Shown: positions 25,841-36,196 of the stretch, in pieces
Position numbering within the stretch: position 1 is the stretch's first letter
How the letters are laid out: every line of letters begins with the position of its first letter
Origin: Capsulimonadales bacterium
Lineage (GTDB): Bacteria > Armatimonadota > Armatimonadia > Armatimonadales > Armatimonadaceae
NCBI GenBank assembly: GCA_033762295.1
Contig: JANRLW010000117.1
Span: 1-51,817, forward strand
Direction of reading: 5' to 3'
Length of the DNA: 51,817 nt
Notes under the pieces: model-generated
What the model saw: only the letters and a program-made list of their open reading frames with translations
Databases searched by the model: none
Told to the model about the DNA's origin: nothing
Made by a program: the position numbers and the translations under genes

Positions 25841-27646
25841 TCACACTTCAAAAAAGGAAACGAACCCGTCCTCCGTCGCCCGGTGGCGCATTCGAGCGGC
25901 TTTCTCCGCCGTTTCCGTGAAGGACCGTTCCGTCGCCCATCCCTCGATCGTCGCCAGCAAACCGGCCAGAGCCTCCGTCGTCCCCGAAATCCGGGGCAGC
26001 ACTTTCTGTAAAATCTGTAGATCCAACGCCGCCGTCAGGTTGGCTTCCGGTTCCGGAACCAGGAGGCCCGTTCTTTCGATGCTGATGGAGGCCGCGACAA
26101 ACCGTAGAATCTCGTCTCGCACCCGGTAACCGAACTGCTGCCCCCGCGGCGTCAGCCATCCGTTCAATTCGGACAGGGTATCGACAATCCGATCACCGTA
26201 CGAAGAATTCGGAGCGGACAGGCGTTCCTCCGCCGCGGCAACGGTTCGGACCAATCCTCCGAAAAACAGGGCCTGTCGTTCCGGATAGGATATCTCCCGC
26301 ACGGACATCGGCACGGTCTTCGGTCGGCGATCCAGGTCCACCCGAACGAACTCCAGGGTATTTGCCCGGTCCAGCACCTTCCGGCTGAGCGTATGCGTCG
26401 CCTCATCCTGATTGATCGAACCGGTCAGGAAAACATTCACGGGCAGACGTACCGAACGTCCCTCCTGCAGAGGAATCACGCCGTCGTCCGTTTCCATGGC
26501 GGACAGCACCTCGGCGAAGTAGTGCTCCGTCCGGGCCAGGTTCATCTCGTCCAGGCAGACGAAGAACGCCCGGTCGCGATTCTCCGGCTGTCCGGCCGTG
26601 CGCAACAGATCAAGAAAGGGGGTGGACACGTACCGATCCGACAGCAGGTTATGAAAACCGAGCAGACCGGCGCTGTCATGCCAGTCCGGACGTACCGGCA
26701 CCAGCAAATACCGGTCGGAGGCGGCGCCGGTCAGAAAGTCGGCGAACAACCGGGTCAATCGGGTCTTCCCGGTACCCGAAAGCCCCGCCAGCAAAACGAA
26801 CGGCTTGGCTTTCAGCGAAACGTAGTAACTGCGTAAGGTCCGTTCGGGGAACGTAAATCCACGGGCGGACACCTCCTGCTCCAGCACCGCAACCAGGTCG
26901 CTCTCCGTCGCCCGTTCCGGGGCGCCTTCGGCGCCTTGTGGTTCGTTTCCGTACGTTCCGTTCGCGATTTCGCGGACGATCACGGATTGTCGACGGTCGG
27001 TTCTCGGTCGTTCACCGGACCGGATCAGTATCGCATGCAGTTCGAGAAAGTCATTGAGGCCAAGGAAACGACGGGCGGCATCGTATAATGCGAAATCGCC
27101 GAGAAGGTCGCGGACCATCGGTGAAAGGGTGACCGGGCGATGGGTCTCCGCAGCGAACTCCCGCGCCCGGGTAATCTGCGCCCGGGTCGGAGCGATAACC
27201 GATCGCGTCTCCGGACGAACCGGCGGGTATCGCTCCGGGAATACCGAGTGAAGCCATTGTGTGACGGTCAGTGCGCTGACGGACGGTTCCTGAAGAAACG
27301 CCTCAATCCGACGCGGCAGTTCGGTCGTGCCCCATAACAGGTCGCGCAGGGCGACGGCAAACCGGTCCGTTTCACGTGTCCGGTTCATCAGCCGGTTCCC
27401 GGTCGCCTGACGGACCGCCCGGAGCAAAGGAGCGACCAGGGTCGCGGTCGGTTCGCTTTCCGTCCGCAACCGTTCGGCGAGTTGACGAATCTCCGTCAGA
27501 CGTACCCGTTGCTGTGCCAGTTCCGCCAGATAATCGAGCGAACGCTCGCCTTCCTGCCACCAGGCTTTCGCCTCGGACAGCGACTTTTGCTGGTCGGGGT
27601 TCAGAGCGGGAGGAGCGGGCGGGAAACCGTCAGGATCGGAAGGCAT
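25841..27646 (-). CDS. McrB-family AAA+ GTPase with an unrecognised N-terminal domain
   Basis: KPFVLLAGLSGTGKT (Walker A), VPVRPDW, FVCLDEMNLAR.EHYFA (Walker B), GSINQDEATHTLSRKVLDRAN, FGYRVRDE, QKVLPRI. Confidence 0.9.
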   Translation of the reverse strand: MPSDPDGFPPAPPALNPDQQKSLSEAKAWWQEGERSLDYLAELAQQRVRLTEIRQLAERLRTESEPTATLVAPLLRAVRQATGNRLMNRTRETDRFAVALRDLLWGTTELPRRIEAFLQEPSVSALTVTQWLHSVFPERYPPVRPETRSVIAPTRAQITRAREFAAETHRPVTLSPMVRDLLGDFALYDAARRFLGLNDFLELHAILIRSGERPRTDRRQSVIVREIANGTYGNEPQGAEGAPERATESDLVAVLEQEVSARGFTFPERTLRSYYVSLKAKPFVLLAGLSGTGKTRLTRLFADFLTGAASDRYLLVPVRPDWHDSAGLLGFHNLLSDRYVSTPFLDLLRTAGQPENRDRAFFVCLDEMNLARTEHYFAEVLSAMETDDGVIPLQEGRSVRLPVNVFLTGSINQDEATHTLSRKVLDRANTLEFVRVDLDRRPKTVPMSVREISYPERQALFFGGLVRTVAAAEERLSAPNSSYGDRIVDTLSELNGWLTPRGQQFGYRVRDEILRFVAASISIERTGLLVPEPEANLTAALDLQILQKVLPRISGTTEALAGLLATIEGWATERSFTETAEKAARMRHRATEDGFVSFFEV

Positions 27647-27679
27647 CGTGGCAAAGGAACACCGACGGAACGGACGGGA

Positions 27680-27752
27680 CGCACCCGGAAGGGCTCGAAC
27701 CTTCGGCCTACCGCTTAGAAGGCGGTTGCTCTATCCGCTGAGCTACGGGTGC
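27680..27752 (-). tRNA. tRNA-Arg (anticodon UCU), CCA not encoded
   Basis: GCACCCG-TAGCTCAGCGGATAGAGC-A-ACCGC-CT TCT AA-GCGGT-AGGCC-GAAGG TTCGAGC CCTTC-CGGGTGC-G. Extended -10 TGgTAAAAT just upstream (27775-27767). Confidence 0.96.
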
Positions 27753-27827
27753 AGAAAGACGTCCGAATTTTACCATACCGCCGAACGAAAAAGCCAGCGG
27801 GAAGGACCGTCATCGTCCTCCGGCGGT

Positions 27828-29273
27828 TCAGCGGACGGAGGAGGACGGCCCCGTCGTGATGAGACCCTCGTTGCGGTTGGCGAACAGGGGGAGCGATTCG
27901 TCGTTGCGCGCCAGAGCCGGTTGCGAGCCGACAAGGGGCGGCACGGGTTCGGTCACCGGCAGGAAGACCGGGGCGGTCGTCGCCGCCACCTCGTCAATGA
28001 CCTGAACGAAGGAGTCAACCACCCGCGGATCGAACTGCGTCCCGGCCTGTCGGACGATCTCCGCCGTCGCCCGTTCGTGCGTCCAGGCTCCCCGGTAGGA
28101 ACGGTCCGAGGTCAGGGCGTCATACACGTCCGCCACCGCCAGAATTCGTGCGCTCAGAGGAATCTCCTCCCCACGCAGTCCATCCGGATACCCCGTCCCA
28201 TCCCAGCGTTCGTGATGGTGTTTGACCATGGGGACCACCGGCCAGGGAAACGGAACCGGTTCCAGAATCTCCGCGCCGATCTGCGGATGCTGCTTGATCT
28301 GGTCGAACTCTTCGTCCGTCAACCGCCCCGGCTTCAGCAGGACCGACTCCGGAACGCCCATTTTTCCGATGTCATGCAGGAGGGCGCCGATCTCCATCGC
28401 CGCTAACTCATTCGCGGTCAGTCCCATATGTTTCGCGATCGCCATCGCGTACTTCTGAACGCGGATAATATGCTGGTGCGTGTAACGATCCTTGGCGTCC
28501 ACCGCCAGCGCGAGACTTCGGGTGGTCGCCAAATACAGGTCGGTTAGCTGTTGTTGACTGTCGGCCAGCGCATCGGTACGATCCAGATAGGTTCGGAACG
28601 CCAGGTAGGTGATCGCGATAACCGGCATCAGCCACAGATAGGCGACCGGCAGTCGACCGTCGAGCATGCCGACAAGACCGACGCTGATCATCCCTCCGAT
28701 AAAGTAGCCGGGGCCGAGGAAAAGGAAGTTGTCGATCCACTGGCGCGCAAATTTGCCGCCGGTGCAGAGGGAGATGACCATCGCCACCGCGCCGGAGTTG
28801 ATGAAGAAGGAACAGAGTACGGAAGCAACCAGCGCGGAGATCGATCCCGTCCCATCGAGCGGCAACTGTCCCCGGTTCAAAAACAGGAACGCAAGGCCGG
28901 CGACGAGGGAATGGGTGGCGTTCAGTGCGGCGTTAAAGAGGATCTGATACCAGAGATGACGCGCTTTCAAACTCGCGCTCAACGCCGTGACGACCCCGAC
29001 CAGTACGGCCGCTTCCGGTCCGAACCGCAGCATTGCCGCATAAATGATGACAAACCCCACGGAAACGCTTCCCGCATTGGAATGACGTTTAGGGAGAATG
29101 CGTAAAGTTTTCCAGGAAAAAGCGATGCTAAGAATCAGAAACGCGATAAATTCCTCAAAACCGGCCCGTGCATCCTTCGGAAACGGCAACAGGATGGCAG
29201 TGACGACGGAAACGAAACCGATGAGGTAGGTTCCGAGGATGAACAACCGCGCATTCCAGGGTAAAGATCGCAT
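27828..29273 (-). CDS. Multi-TM (MASE-like) HD-GYP cyclic-dinucleotide phosphodiesterase
   Basis: About 7 hydrophobic helices in the N-terminal ~225 aa; AVDAKDRYT..H..RV, LLHDIGK, HHERWDGTGYP, ARILAVADVYDAL. Confidence 0.92.
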   Translation of the reverse strand: MRSLPWNARLFILGTYLIGFVSVVTAILLPFPKDARAGFEEFIAFLILSIAFSWKTLRILPKRHSNAGSVSVGFVIIYAAMLRFGPEAAVLVGVVTALSASLKARHLWYQILFNAALNATHSLVAGLAFLFLNRGQLPLDGTGSISALVASVLCSFFINSGAVAMVISLCTGGKFARQWIDNFLFLGPGYFIGGMISVGLVGMLDGRLPVAYLWLMPVIAITYLAFRTYLDRTDALADSQQQLTDLYLATTRSLALAVDAKDRYTHQHIIRVQKYAMAIAKHMGLTANELAAMEIGALLHDIGKMGVPESVLLKPGRLTDEEFDQIKQHPQIGAEILEPVPFPWPVVPMVKHHHERWDGTGYPDGLRGEEIPLSARILAVADVYDALTSDRSYRGAWTHERATAEIVRQAGTQFDPRVVDSFVQVIDEVAATTAPVFLPVTEPVPPLVGSQPALARNDESLPLFANRNEGLITTGPSSSVR

Positions 29274-29450
29274 TTGGTCGCAATCAGGGCAAAAACCGTG
29301 CCTTAACCCGCCCGGAGTAAGCTGTCATTGGTAACAGTCTTTCTAGCATAGTCAGGATCCGGATATTAACTTTCTAACGATATGAACCATTTCACACGAC
29401 AATTTGTGGATTCCGTCCGTGCGGAAGGCTTATAGTCCTGAAACAAAATA

Positions 29451-29481
29451 AAAACAGCCGACTCTTTAAGAGAGTCGGCTG
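29451..29481 (-). terminator. Rho-independent terminator after the S8 protease gene
   Basis: Minus strand CAGCCGACTCT-CTTAA-AGAGTCGGCTG followed by TTTTTATTTT. Confidence 0.85.
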
Positions 29482-29543
29482 ACATAGATCGATACGTACC
29501 GGCAAAAACTACCGGTTTTTGTTGAATATCACGGTGTCTCGGT

Positions 29544-31946
29544 TCAGGGTTCCCCGGTTATCGGCACATTCGCCTTCGGGTCGGTTCCCTGACCCCAGAG
29601 AATGATATCGCCGCTGACTCCGGTACCGGCCTTTTTCGGATCGGTTCCCTGACCCCACAGGATGATATCGCCGCCTACGCCGGGATTGATTTTGGGATCG
29701 GTTCCCTGGCCCCACAGGATGATGTTGCCACCGACCACGGGATTGATTTTGGGATCGGTTCCCTGGCCCCACAGGATAATCGACGACGTCAGCGATTTGG
29801 GATCGGTCCCCTGGCCCCACAGGATGATGGAGTTGTTGACCGGCAGCGGCGCCAGGCGAGGATCGGTCCCCTGGCCCCACAGAATGATGTTACCGCCGAC
29901 TTTGGGATCGGTACCCTGGCCCCACAGGATGATGTTCGACCGGATGTCGTCGGTGCCGGGTCCCCAGAGGATGATGTTCCCGCCGACTTTGGGATCGGTT
30001 CCCTGGCCCCACAGGATGATGTTGCCACCGACCACGGGACCGATTTTGGGATCGGTTCCCTGACCCCACAGGATGATCGTCGGGCGAACCGGATCGGTTC
30101 CCTGACCCCACAGGATGATCGAGATCTTGGGATCGGTTCCCTGACCCCACAGGATGATTCCGCCCTGCGTGGTCAACGTTCCCTTCGGATTCGGATCGGT
30201 TCCCTGGCCCCACAGGATGATATCGCCCTGGAGGGAGCCGACGTTCGCATAGAGGTAGCCGGGATCGGCGAACACGGTGGAGGTGCGGAACGCCGCGGTC
30301 CCCCAGACGTTTCGCATATCGGTGATGCCGGACCCCCAGAGGGAGTTCTTGGCCCAGTAGGCGCCGGCGGGCGCGATCGCCAGGGTGCCATCGTTGCGGA
30401 CGGTGACGTTCGGGCTGAGCGCATAGCCGGAAACCCTGACCCGGGATTCCAGCGCTTTCGCGACGTTCAGATAGCCCGCGCCGTAGGTGAAGGGGTCCGG
30501 AGTGCCGTCCGGATTGGTCCATTTGTCCGCCGAGACGAGGAGACGCGCCTTAACCGTGTCGGGCGTCAGATTCGGGTTCTTTTCCAGGAGCAGGGCGGCG
30601 GCACCGGCGACGACCGGAGCGGCCATACTGGTACCGGAAAGCGTGTAATAGTCCTTGGATCGGACGCCTTCGGTCGCATTCTTCACGTACCAGGAGCGAT
30701 ACACTTCGTTGTTCGGGAAGTTCTGCGGAAGATATCCGTCATCCGGGCGGGTGGAGATCAGGCGGTTGCCCGGTGCGACGATATCCGGCTTCAGCACCAG
30801 TTCACCGACGGTCGGTCCTCGGCTGGAGTAGGTCGCGATTTTGTCTCCGGCGCGATTGGCGGCGTTGTACCGGTTGGCGGTCGCATCGAACGGCTTGGTC
30901 GCGCCGACCGTGATAACATAGGGGCTGTTTGCCGGCGACTGAATCGCGCCGTAGTTATTCCCCCATCCCTCATTCGGATCGCCCGCCTTCGGTTGGGCGT
31001 TGTATCGTCCGTAGTTCCCGGCGGAGGTCACGACGACCAGACCGGACTTCCAGGCCGCTTCAGCCGCCAGCGCCAGCGGATCGGTTGCGGTCGATTCTCC
31101 GACCGGATGTCCGAGGGAGACGTTGACGACGCGGATGTTGTAGCGATCCTTGTTGGCGACGATCCAGCCGAGTCCGGCGATCGCATCGCTGGTCGAGCCG
31201 TTCCCCTCTTTGTCCAGGACGCGGACGTTGATCAGGTTGGCTTCGGGAGCGATTCCCCGGAAGGTCCGGGTGAACTTCGATCCGGTGCTCTTTTCGCCGT
31301 TACCGGCGATGATTCCGGCGATATGGGTACCATGGCCGGCTTCGTCGACCGGTCTCGTGTTGGTCGGATCGACGAAGTCTTTGGTGGCGATGATTCGGGT
31401 GCCGTCTTCGCCCTTCAGGTCCTGATGGCGATCGATCCCGCTGTCGAGGATCGCGACACCGACTCCCTTTCCGGTGACATCGAATCGGGCGAATGCTTTA
31501 TCGGCCGCAGTGCCTTCAACAATAAATTCGTCGGTTTTGACGACCTGGGAGTCCGCGGACAGACGCTTGACGAATTCCAGATCGGCCAGTGCGGTGAGAT
31601 TCCGGCGGGGAACGCGCAGGGCGACCGCATGAATGATCGGCAGATCGCGGTAAACCTTGCCTTCGAGCCGGGTCAGTTGGCGTGCGCGCTCTGCGGTCAG
31701 ATCGCCGTTGAGCTGAACCAGAACGCCGGTTTCGCCGACGCCATTAACTTCTCTTAAAAGAAAACTATCCGATTTTTGCCGGAACGCCGACGCGTTCACC
31801 GACACGGACGGGGAAATACGAACGGAGTGCGATTGATGATTGACCCAAAAAGCGGTCGTCAGGGCTATGCCTGAAACGGCCATGGCCGCCAGAACGCTGG
31901 TTCCGACGGAAGCGCGAGAACGAATCCTCCCGGACGGCTCCTGCAT
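29544..31946 (-). CDS. Exported subtilisin-like S8 serine protease (AprX-like) with a C-terminal tandem IILWGQGTDP repeat tail
   Basis: N-terminal hydrophobic anchor and propeptide; catalytic triad ILDSG, GHGTHIAG, SGTSMAAP; oxyanion SAGN; KPDIVAPG. Confidence 0.95.
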   Translation of the reverse strand: MQEPSGRIRSRASVGTSVLAAMAVSGIALTTAFWVNHQSHSVRISPSVSVNASAFRQKSDSFLLREVNGVGETGVLVQLNGDLTAERARQLTRLEGKVYRDLPIIHAVALRVPRRNLTALADLEFVKRLSADSQVVKTDEFIVEGTAADKAFARFDVTGKGVGVAILDSGIDRHQDLKGEDGTRIIATKDFVDPTNTRPVDEAGHGTHIAGIIAGNGEKSTGSKFTRTFRGIAPEANLINVRVLDKEGNGSTSDAIAGLGWIVANKDRYNIRVVNVSLGHPVGESTATDPLALAAEAAWKSGLVVVTSAGNYGRYNAQPKAGDPNEGWGNNYGAIQSPANSPYVITVGATKPFDATANRYNAANRAGDKIATYSSRGPTVGELVLKPDIVAPGNRLISTRPDDGYLPQNFPNNEVYRSWYVKNATEGVRSKDYYTLSGTSMAAPVVAGAAALLLEKNPNLTPDTVKARLLVSADKWTNPDGTPDPFTYGAGYLNVAKALESRVRVSGYALSPNVTVRNDGTLAIAPAGAYWAKNSLWGSGITDMRNVWGTAAFRTSTVFADPGYLYANVGSLQGDIILWGQGTDPNPKGTLTTQGGIILWGQGTDPKISIILWGQGTDPVRPTIILWGQGTDPKIGPVVGGNIILWGQGTDPKVGGNIILWGPGTDDIRSNIILWGQGTDPKVGGNIILWGQGTDPRLAPLPVNNSIILWGQGTDPKSLTSSIILWGQGTDPKINPVVGGNIILWGQGTDPKINPGVGGDIILWGQGTDPKKAGTGVSGDIILWGQGTDPKANVPITGEP
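29577..30221 (-). repeat. 13 copies of a 30-bp coding repeat (IILWGQGTDP) with 9-33-nt variable spacers
   Basis: Consensus ATCATCCTGTGGGGYCAGGGAACCGATCCS. 12 copies encode IILWGQGTDP and one encodes IILWGPGTDD. All spacers are multiples of 3. Confidence 0.97.
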
Positions 31947-32220
31947 GGTCTTTCCTTCCTTCTAATCACTAACTATGTCCGACCGAATGGTCGGACTTTA
32001 ACCAATTGACTCAAAAGGAAAAGGAGCTTGCGATGGGGCGCAATTTGTGACGAGACTCCTTCTTCCAAACAACTTAAACAGGTACCCGGTATATTATGCC
32101 GTAAGGAACGGGCACATGCTCGTTTCTCACGGAAATTTTACTGATTTATTTCGGGCCGGACCGACCATGGGGACCCTTGCCAGGGTCGGACCGAACGGAA
32201 ACGGGGAACGCCCGGAAACG

Positions 32221-33291
32221 TCAGATGACTTCCAGTTCGTCCCGCGAGGGCAACGTCGGAAACGGAGCGTGCGGTTCCGCCTGATACCAGAACGCGACGC
32301 TGGCGATATCGTCCCGGAGCGGAAGGTAACGCCCCTTGCTCCGCCAGCCAAGGGCCTGAATGGTGACACGCAGATCCTCGCGGAACCGGATCGGGTCCAT
32401 AATGTGCCAGCGGTACATCCCGAAACGCTCCTGGCTCTGGTAGGCCCCATCCGGACGGATCACCTGGTGCAGTCCGGCATACGCGGTCGAAAACTCACGG
32501 TACTGCCCGCCCACATCGAAGTTATACGATCCGCAAAAATAGTCCTCGGTACCGGTTCCGCAGATGGTCGGAAACGTCGTGTCGCCATCGAGGAAGAACT
32601 TGATCTCGCCCTCGCCCCACCAGCCGGTGTTATTCACCTGCCACGCCAGGTAGGTGCCGACAAAATGCCCCTTGCCGCGAACCCCTTCCAGGATCGTGTA
32701 GTCGGTTTGGTACGGAAGAGGGTTGGTCCGGCGGAACTGCGCATGGAGATAGGCGGCGTCCTCCGGCACCTCGGTCAGGGTATAGTTGACCTGATAGTAG
32801 AGAACCATGTCGTCCTGACCGATGTTCTCGAACGTGATCCGGCATTTCTTTCGGAACGGCATCTCCCAGTAGCAGTTAAACGCCGAACCGGGGTTGACGC
32901 AGACGGGGAGCGAGTTGAGGTGGGCGTACTTGCACCATCCCATGCCGAAGAAATCCCCGACCGGGCATTCGATCGAAGGCGTCTCCTCGTCGTCCCAGTA
33001 GAAGCGCACAATGGAAAAACGCCAGTTTCCGGTCGGCGTCATCCAGATCTGCTGAATCGCGCCGGGACCGTCGATCTCCGCCAGCGTAAACGTCGTGCCT
33101 GCCGCGATCCGAACGGACGGCGAGATCTTCCAACCCTGACCGAGATCACGGGCGCAGGCCGCGCCGGTTCCTTCGGTCGCCATGCCGCCCTGCCCTTTTT
33201 CCCCCGTGAAGTTTTCAGGCGAGATGGAACGCGACTGCGCGTCGGAGAGGCGCGAAAGATTCCCGAGGTGCAAACCGAGACCGTTGAACAT
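32221..33291 (-). CDS. DUF2961 / GH172 glycoside hydrolase
   Basis: SRSISPENFTGEKG.GG, GPGAIQQIWMT, PVGDFF, WWGEGEIKFFLDGD, GTGTEDYF, DDIASVAFWYQ. Start taken at MFNGLG. Confidence 0.93.
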   Translation of the reverse strand: MFNGLGLHLGNLSRLSDAQSRSISPENFTGEKGQGGMATEGTGAACARDLGQGWKISPSVRIAAGTTFTLAEIDGPGAIQQIWMTPTGNWRFSIVRFYWDDEETPSIECPVGDFFGMGWCKYAHLNSLPVCVNPGSAFNCYWEMPFRKKCRITFENIGQDDMVLYYQVNYTLTEVPEDAAYLHAQFRRTNPLPYQTDYTILEGVRGKGHFVGTYLAWQVNNTGWWGEGEIKFFLDGDTTFPTICGTGTEDYFCGSYNFDVGGQYREFSTAYAGLHQVIRPDGAYQSQERFGMYRWHIMDPIRFREDLRVTIQALGWRSKGRYLPLRDDIASVAFWYQAEPHAPFPTLPSRDELEVI

Positions 33292-33658
33292 TTCTTCCCG
33301 ATTCTCCGGGGCCGTCTCCCCGGCTTTTGATTGCCGCCATATTTTAAGCCGGCGGCCGGAGAAATCCTTCCCCCATTCGCCGGAATCCATCCGCCGAAAT
33401 AAAGATACAAATATTAAACTAATCCTGCGGAATTTTCACAGTCGATAGTCAAATTATGGCGATAAACGGAACGATACGGACTCTATGGACGTCCTGACAG
33501 CTCGCGTTTCGGAAATCATCTACATTCGATCTCCATGGAAAAAGGCGGTAAAGACGATATAATGAAATTGTCACCCGGATTCCATAACCTTAAAACCCGG
33601 CGGTATTCCTCGACAGGAATACGGTCGTTTTGGTTTCAGTGGCCCCTCGGAGGGCGAT

Positions 33659-34657
33659 TTGTCCGAAACCCTTGACCTTCCGTCGCCACCCGTATACTTC
33701 GCCCCCCGGTCCGGACGCTACACCGTCGCGCCGGGACTCCGAACCCTTGAGCCGGATAACGCCCAATCCTCCGTCGACGATGCTCTTTTTCAGATCGACC
33801 GCGAATTTCCCCGGTTCCGCGACAATGTTCTGAAGTGTCGGGCCGAACGCTTCGAGAAGTACGTTTGCGGAAATCCCGCCGAATTCCCGGAGATCGCCGC
33901 CGCCATTTCCCGTCTGATCGTCGAACGGCTGATTTTCGAACACCCCGCCTTTTTCCGTCTCGAATCGTACCCGGATGGCGGCGGTTCCCTGTTTTGTCGG
34001 CTGACCGGCGAGACACTGGTCTTTGATGACCGAATGCGACTGCGCGCCGCCGACCGCCCGCCCTTCGGCCCCCCCTACGCTCATCTGGCGGACGCCCTCG
34101 GCTGTCAGGTTCCCGAGGACTGGGCGATTGTGCGGCACGGACCGGCGGGAGAGGACCGGATTCTTTTCCTTCACCTGTGCGCGCCGTCGCATTGGGCCGC
34201 CGAGGAAAAGATCGGAAAGGATTTCCTCCGAACGCACGCCCCGGTGCCGCATATCGAAAAGGTTTCCGCCGCCGCGCCGGGCCTGATCGATACCGTCCTG
34301 ACGCGAGGACCGTTCCAAAGGGTTTCCTGGGGCATCGACTTCGATGACCGCCTGAACGCTCACCCGGTTCCCCCGCCCGGTCGGGAAACGGTCGCCGCCC
34401 TCCGCGCCCGCTTCGACCCCGAACACTCGCCGGTTTTTCTTCGCGTGGAACGCCAGGTGCTCTGGGGACTACCCCTGGTCGACGCCTATCTTTTTACGAT
34501 TCGCGTGTACCGTTATGACGCCCGCGCCCTTTGCGCCGATCCGGAACACAGGACCGCCCTGCTTTCCGCCCTGCATTCCATGTCGAACGAAACACGGCTT
34601 TACAAAGGGATCGCCTCCCTCTTCCCCGCCCTGATTCGGGCGCTGGAAACCCCATAA
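33659..34657 (+). CDS. DUF3445 / heme-dependent oxidative N-demethylase alpha-subunit-like protein
   Basis: [45 protein letters not shown]...LFTIRVY, YKG. Confidence 0.85.
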   Translation: MSETLDLPSPPVYFAPRSGRYTVAPGLRTLEPDNAQSSVDDALFQIDREFPRFRDNVLKCRAERFEKYVCGNPAEFPEIAAAISRLIVERLIFEHPAFFRLESYPDGGGSLFCRLTGETLVFDDRMRLRAADRPPFGPPYAHLADALGCQVPEDWAIVRHGPAGEDRILFLHLCAPSHWAAEEKIGKDFLRTHAPVPHIEKVSAAAPGLIDTVLTRGPFQRVSWGIDFDDRLNAHPVPPPGRETVAALRARFDPEHSPVFLRVERQVLWGLPLVDAYLFTIRVYRYDARALCADPEHRTALLSALHSMSNETRLYKGIASLFPALIRALETP

Positions 34658-34689
34658 CCGCCCGAACGCGGACTCGAAAGGAAAATACG

Positions 34690-35733
<1,044 letters not shown>

Positions 35734-35771
35734 TTTCCGTTACTCCTGCCGTTCGCCGATACCACCGGAAA

Positions 35772-35799
35772 CGTCCCGGCTCCGAGCGGAGCCGGGACG
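35772..35799. terminator. Hairpin between the convergent AKR and YHS genes
   Basis: CGTCCCGGCTCC-GAGC-GGAGCCGGGACG perfect 12-bp stem. Confidence 0.7.
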
Positions 35800-35821
35800 G
35801 CCACAAAAACGAAACGGCGCT

Positions 35822-36127
35822 TCAGGATTTGGCTTTCATCTTTCCCGAAGCGGTCGGGGTCTTGATATGTGCGGCTTTGACGTACTTTGCCGGGTCCGCT
35901 TTGAACTTGCCCGGGCAACCGGCGCAGCAGAAGAAGTAACGGTTCCCCTTGTAGTCCGCGAACATCTTCTCGGTCGTCGCCTTCTTCACGTCGACCTTAT
36001 GCTCGGGTTCGACCGCACAGGCGATCATCTTCGCCGGTTCCTTGGGCTTCGCATCCTTCTGGGGATTGGCGGACGCCGCCGAACCGATCAGCGCACTGAT
36101 GGCGACCAACAGAACGAAATTCCTCAT
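35822..36127 (-). CDS. Exported YHS-domain (metal-binding) protein
   Basis: Signal peptide; CAV...DYKGNRYFFCCAGC..KFKADPAKY; AGGAGG RBS. Confidence 0.88.
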   Translation of the reverse strand: MRNFVLLVAISALIGSAASANPQKDAKPKEPAKMIACAVEPEHKVDVKKATTEKMFADYKGNRYFFCCAGCPGKFKADPAKYVKAAHIKTPTASGKMKAKS

Positions 36128-36196
36128 GATAGTTTCCTCCTACGAAATCCATTATAGCGAAAATTCGCGGATTTCGGCGGGAAACGGAAAAGGGAC

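Noticed and set aside
25841..27752. tRNA-integrated genomic island or prophage
   Set aside because: No integrase, and I saw no duplicate of the tRNA 3' end by eye; flanking genes are ordinary metabolic genes
29577..30221. CRISPR array (30-bp repeats with variable spacers)
   Set aside because: Spacers are 9-33 nt, all multiples of 3 and partly duplicated. Repeats vary at synonymous positions, the array lies in frame in the protease ORF, and there are no cas genes.
29274..32220. c-di-GMP riboswitch upstream of the HD-GYP or protease gene
   Set aside because: No GEMM-type GGCAAAC...GAAA...GACGCAAA pattern was found in either intergenic region
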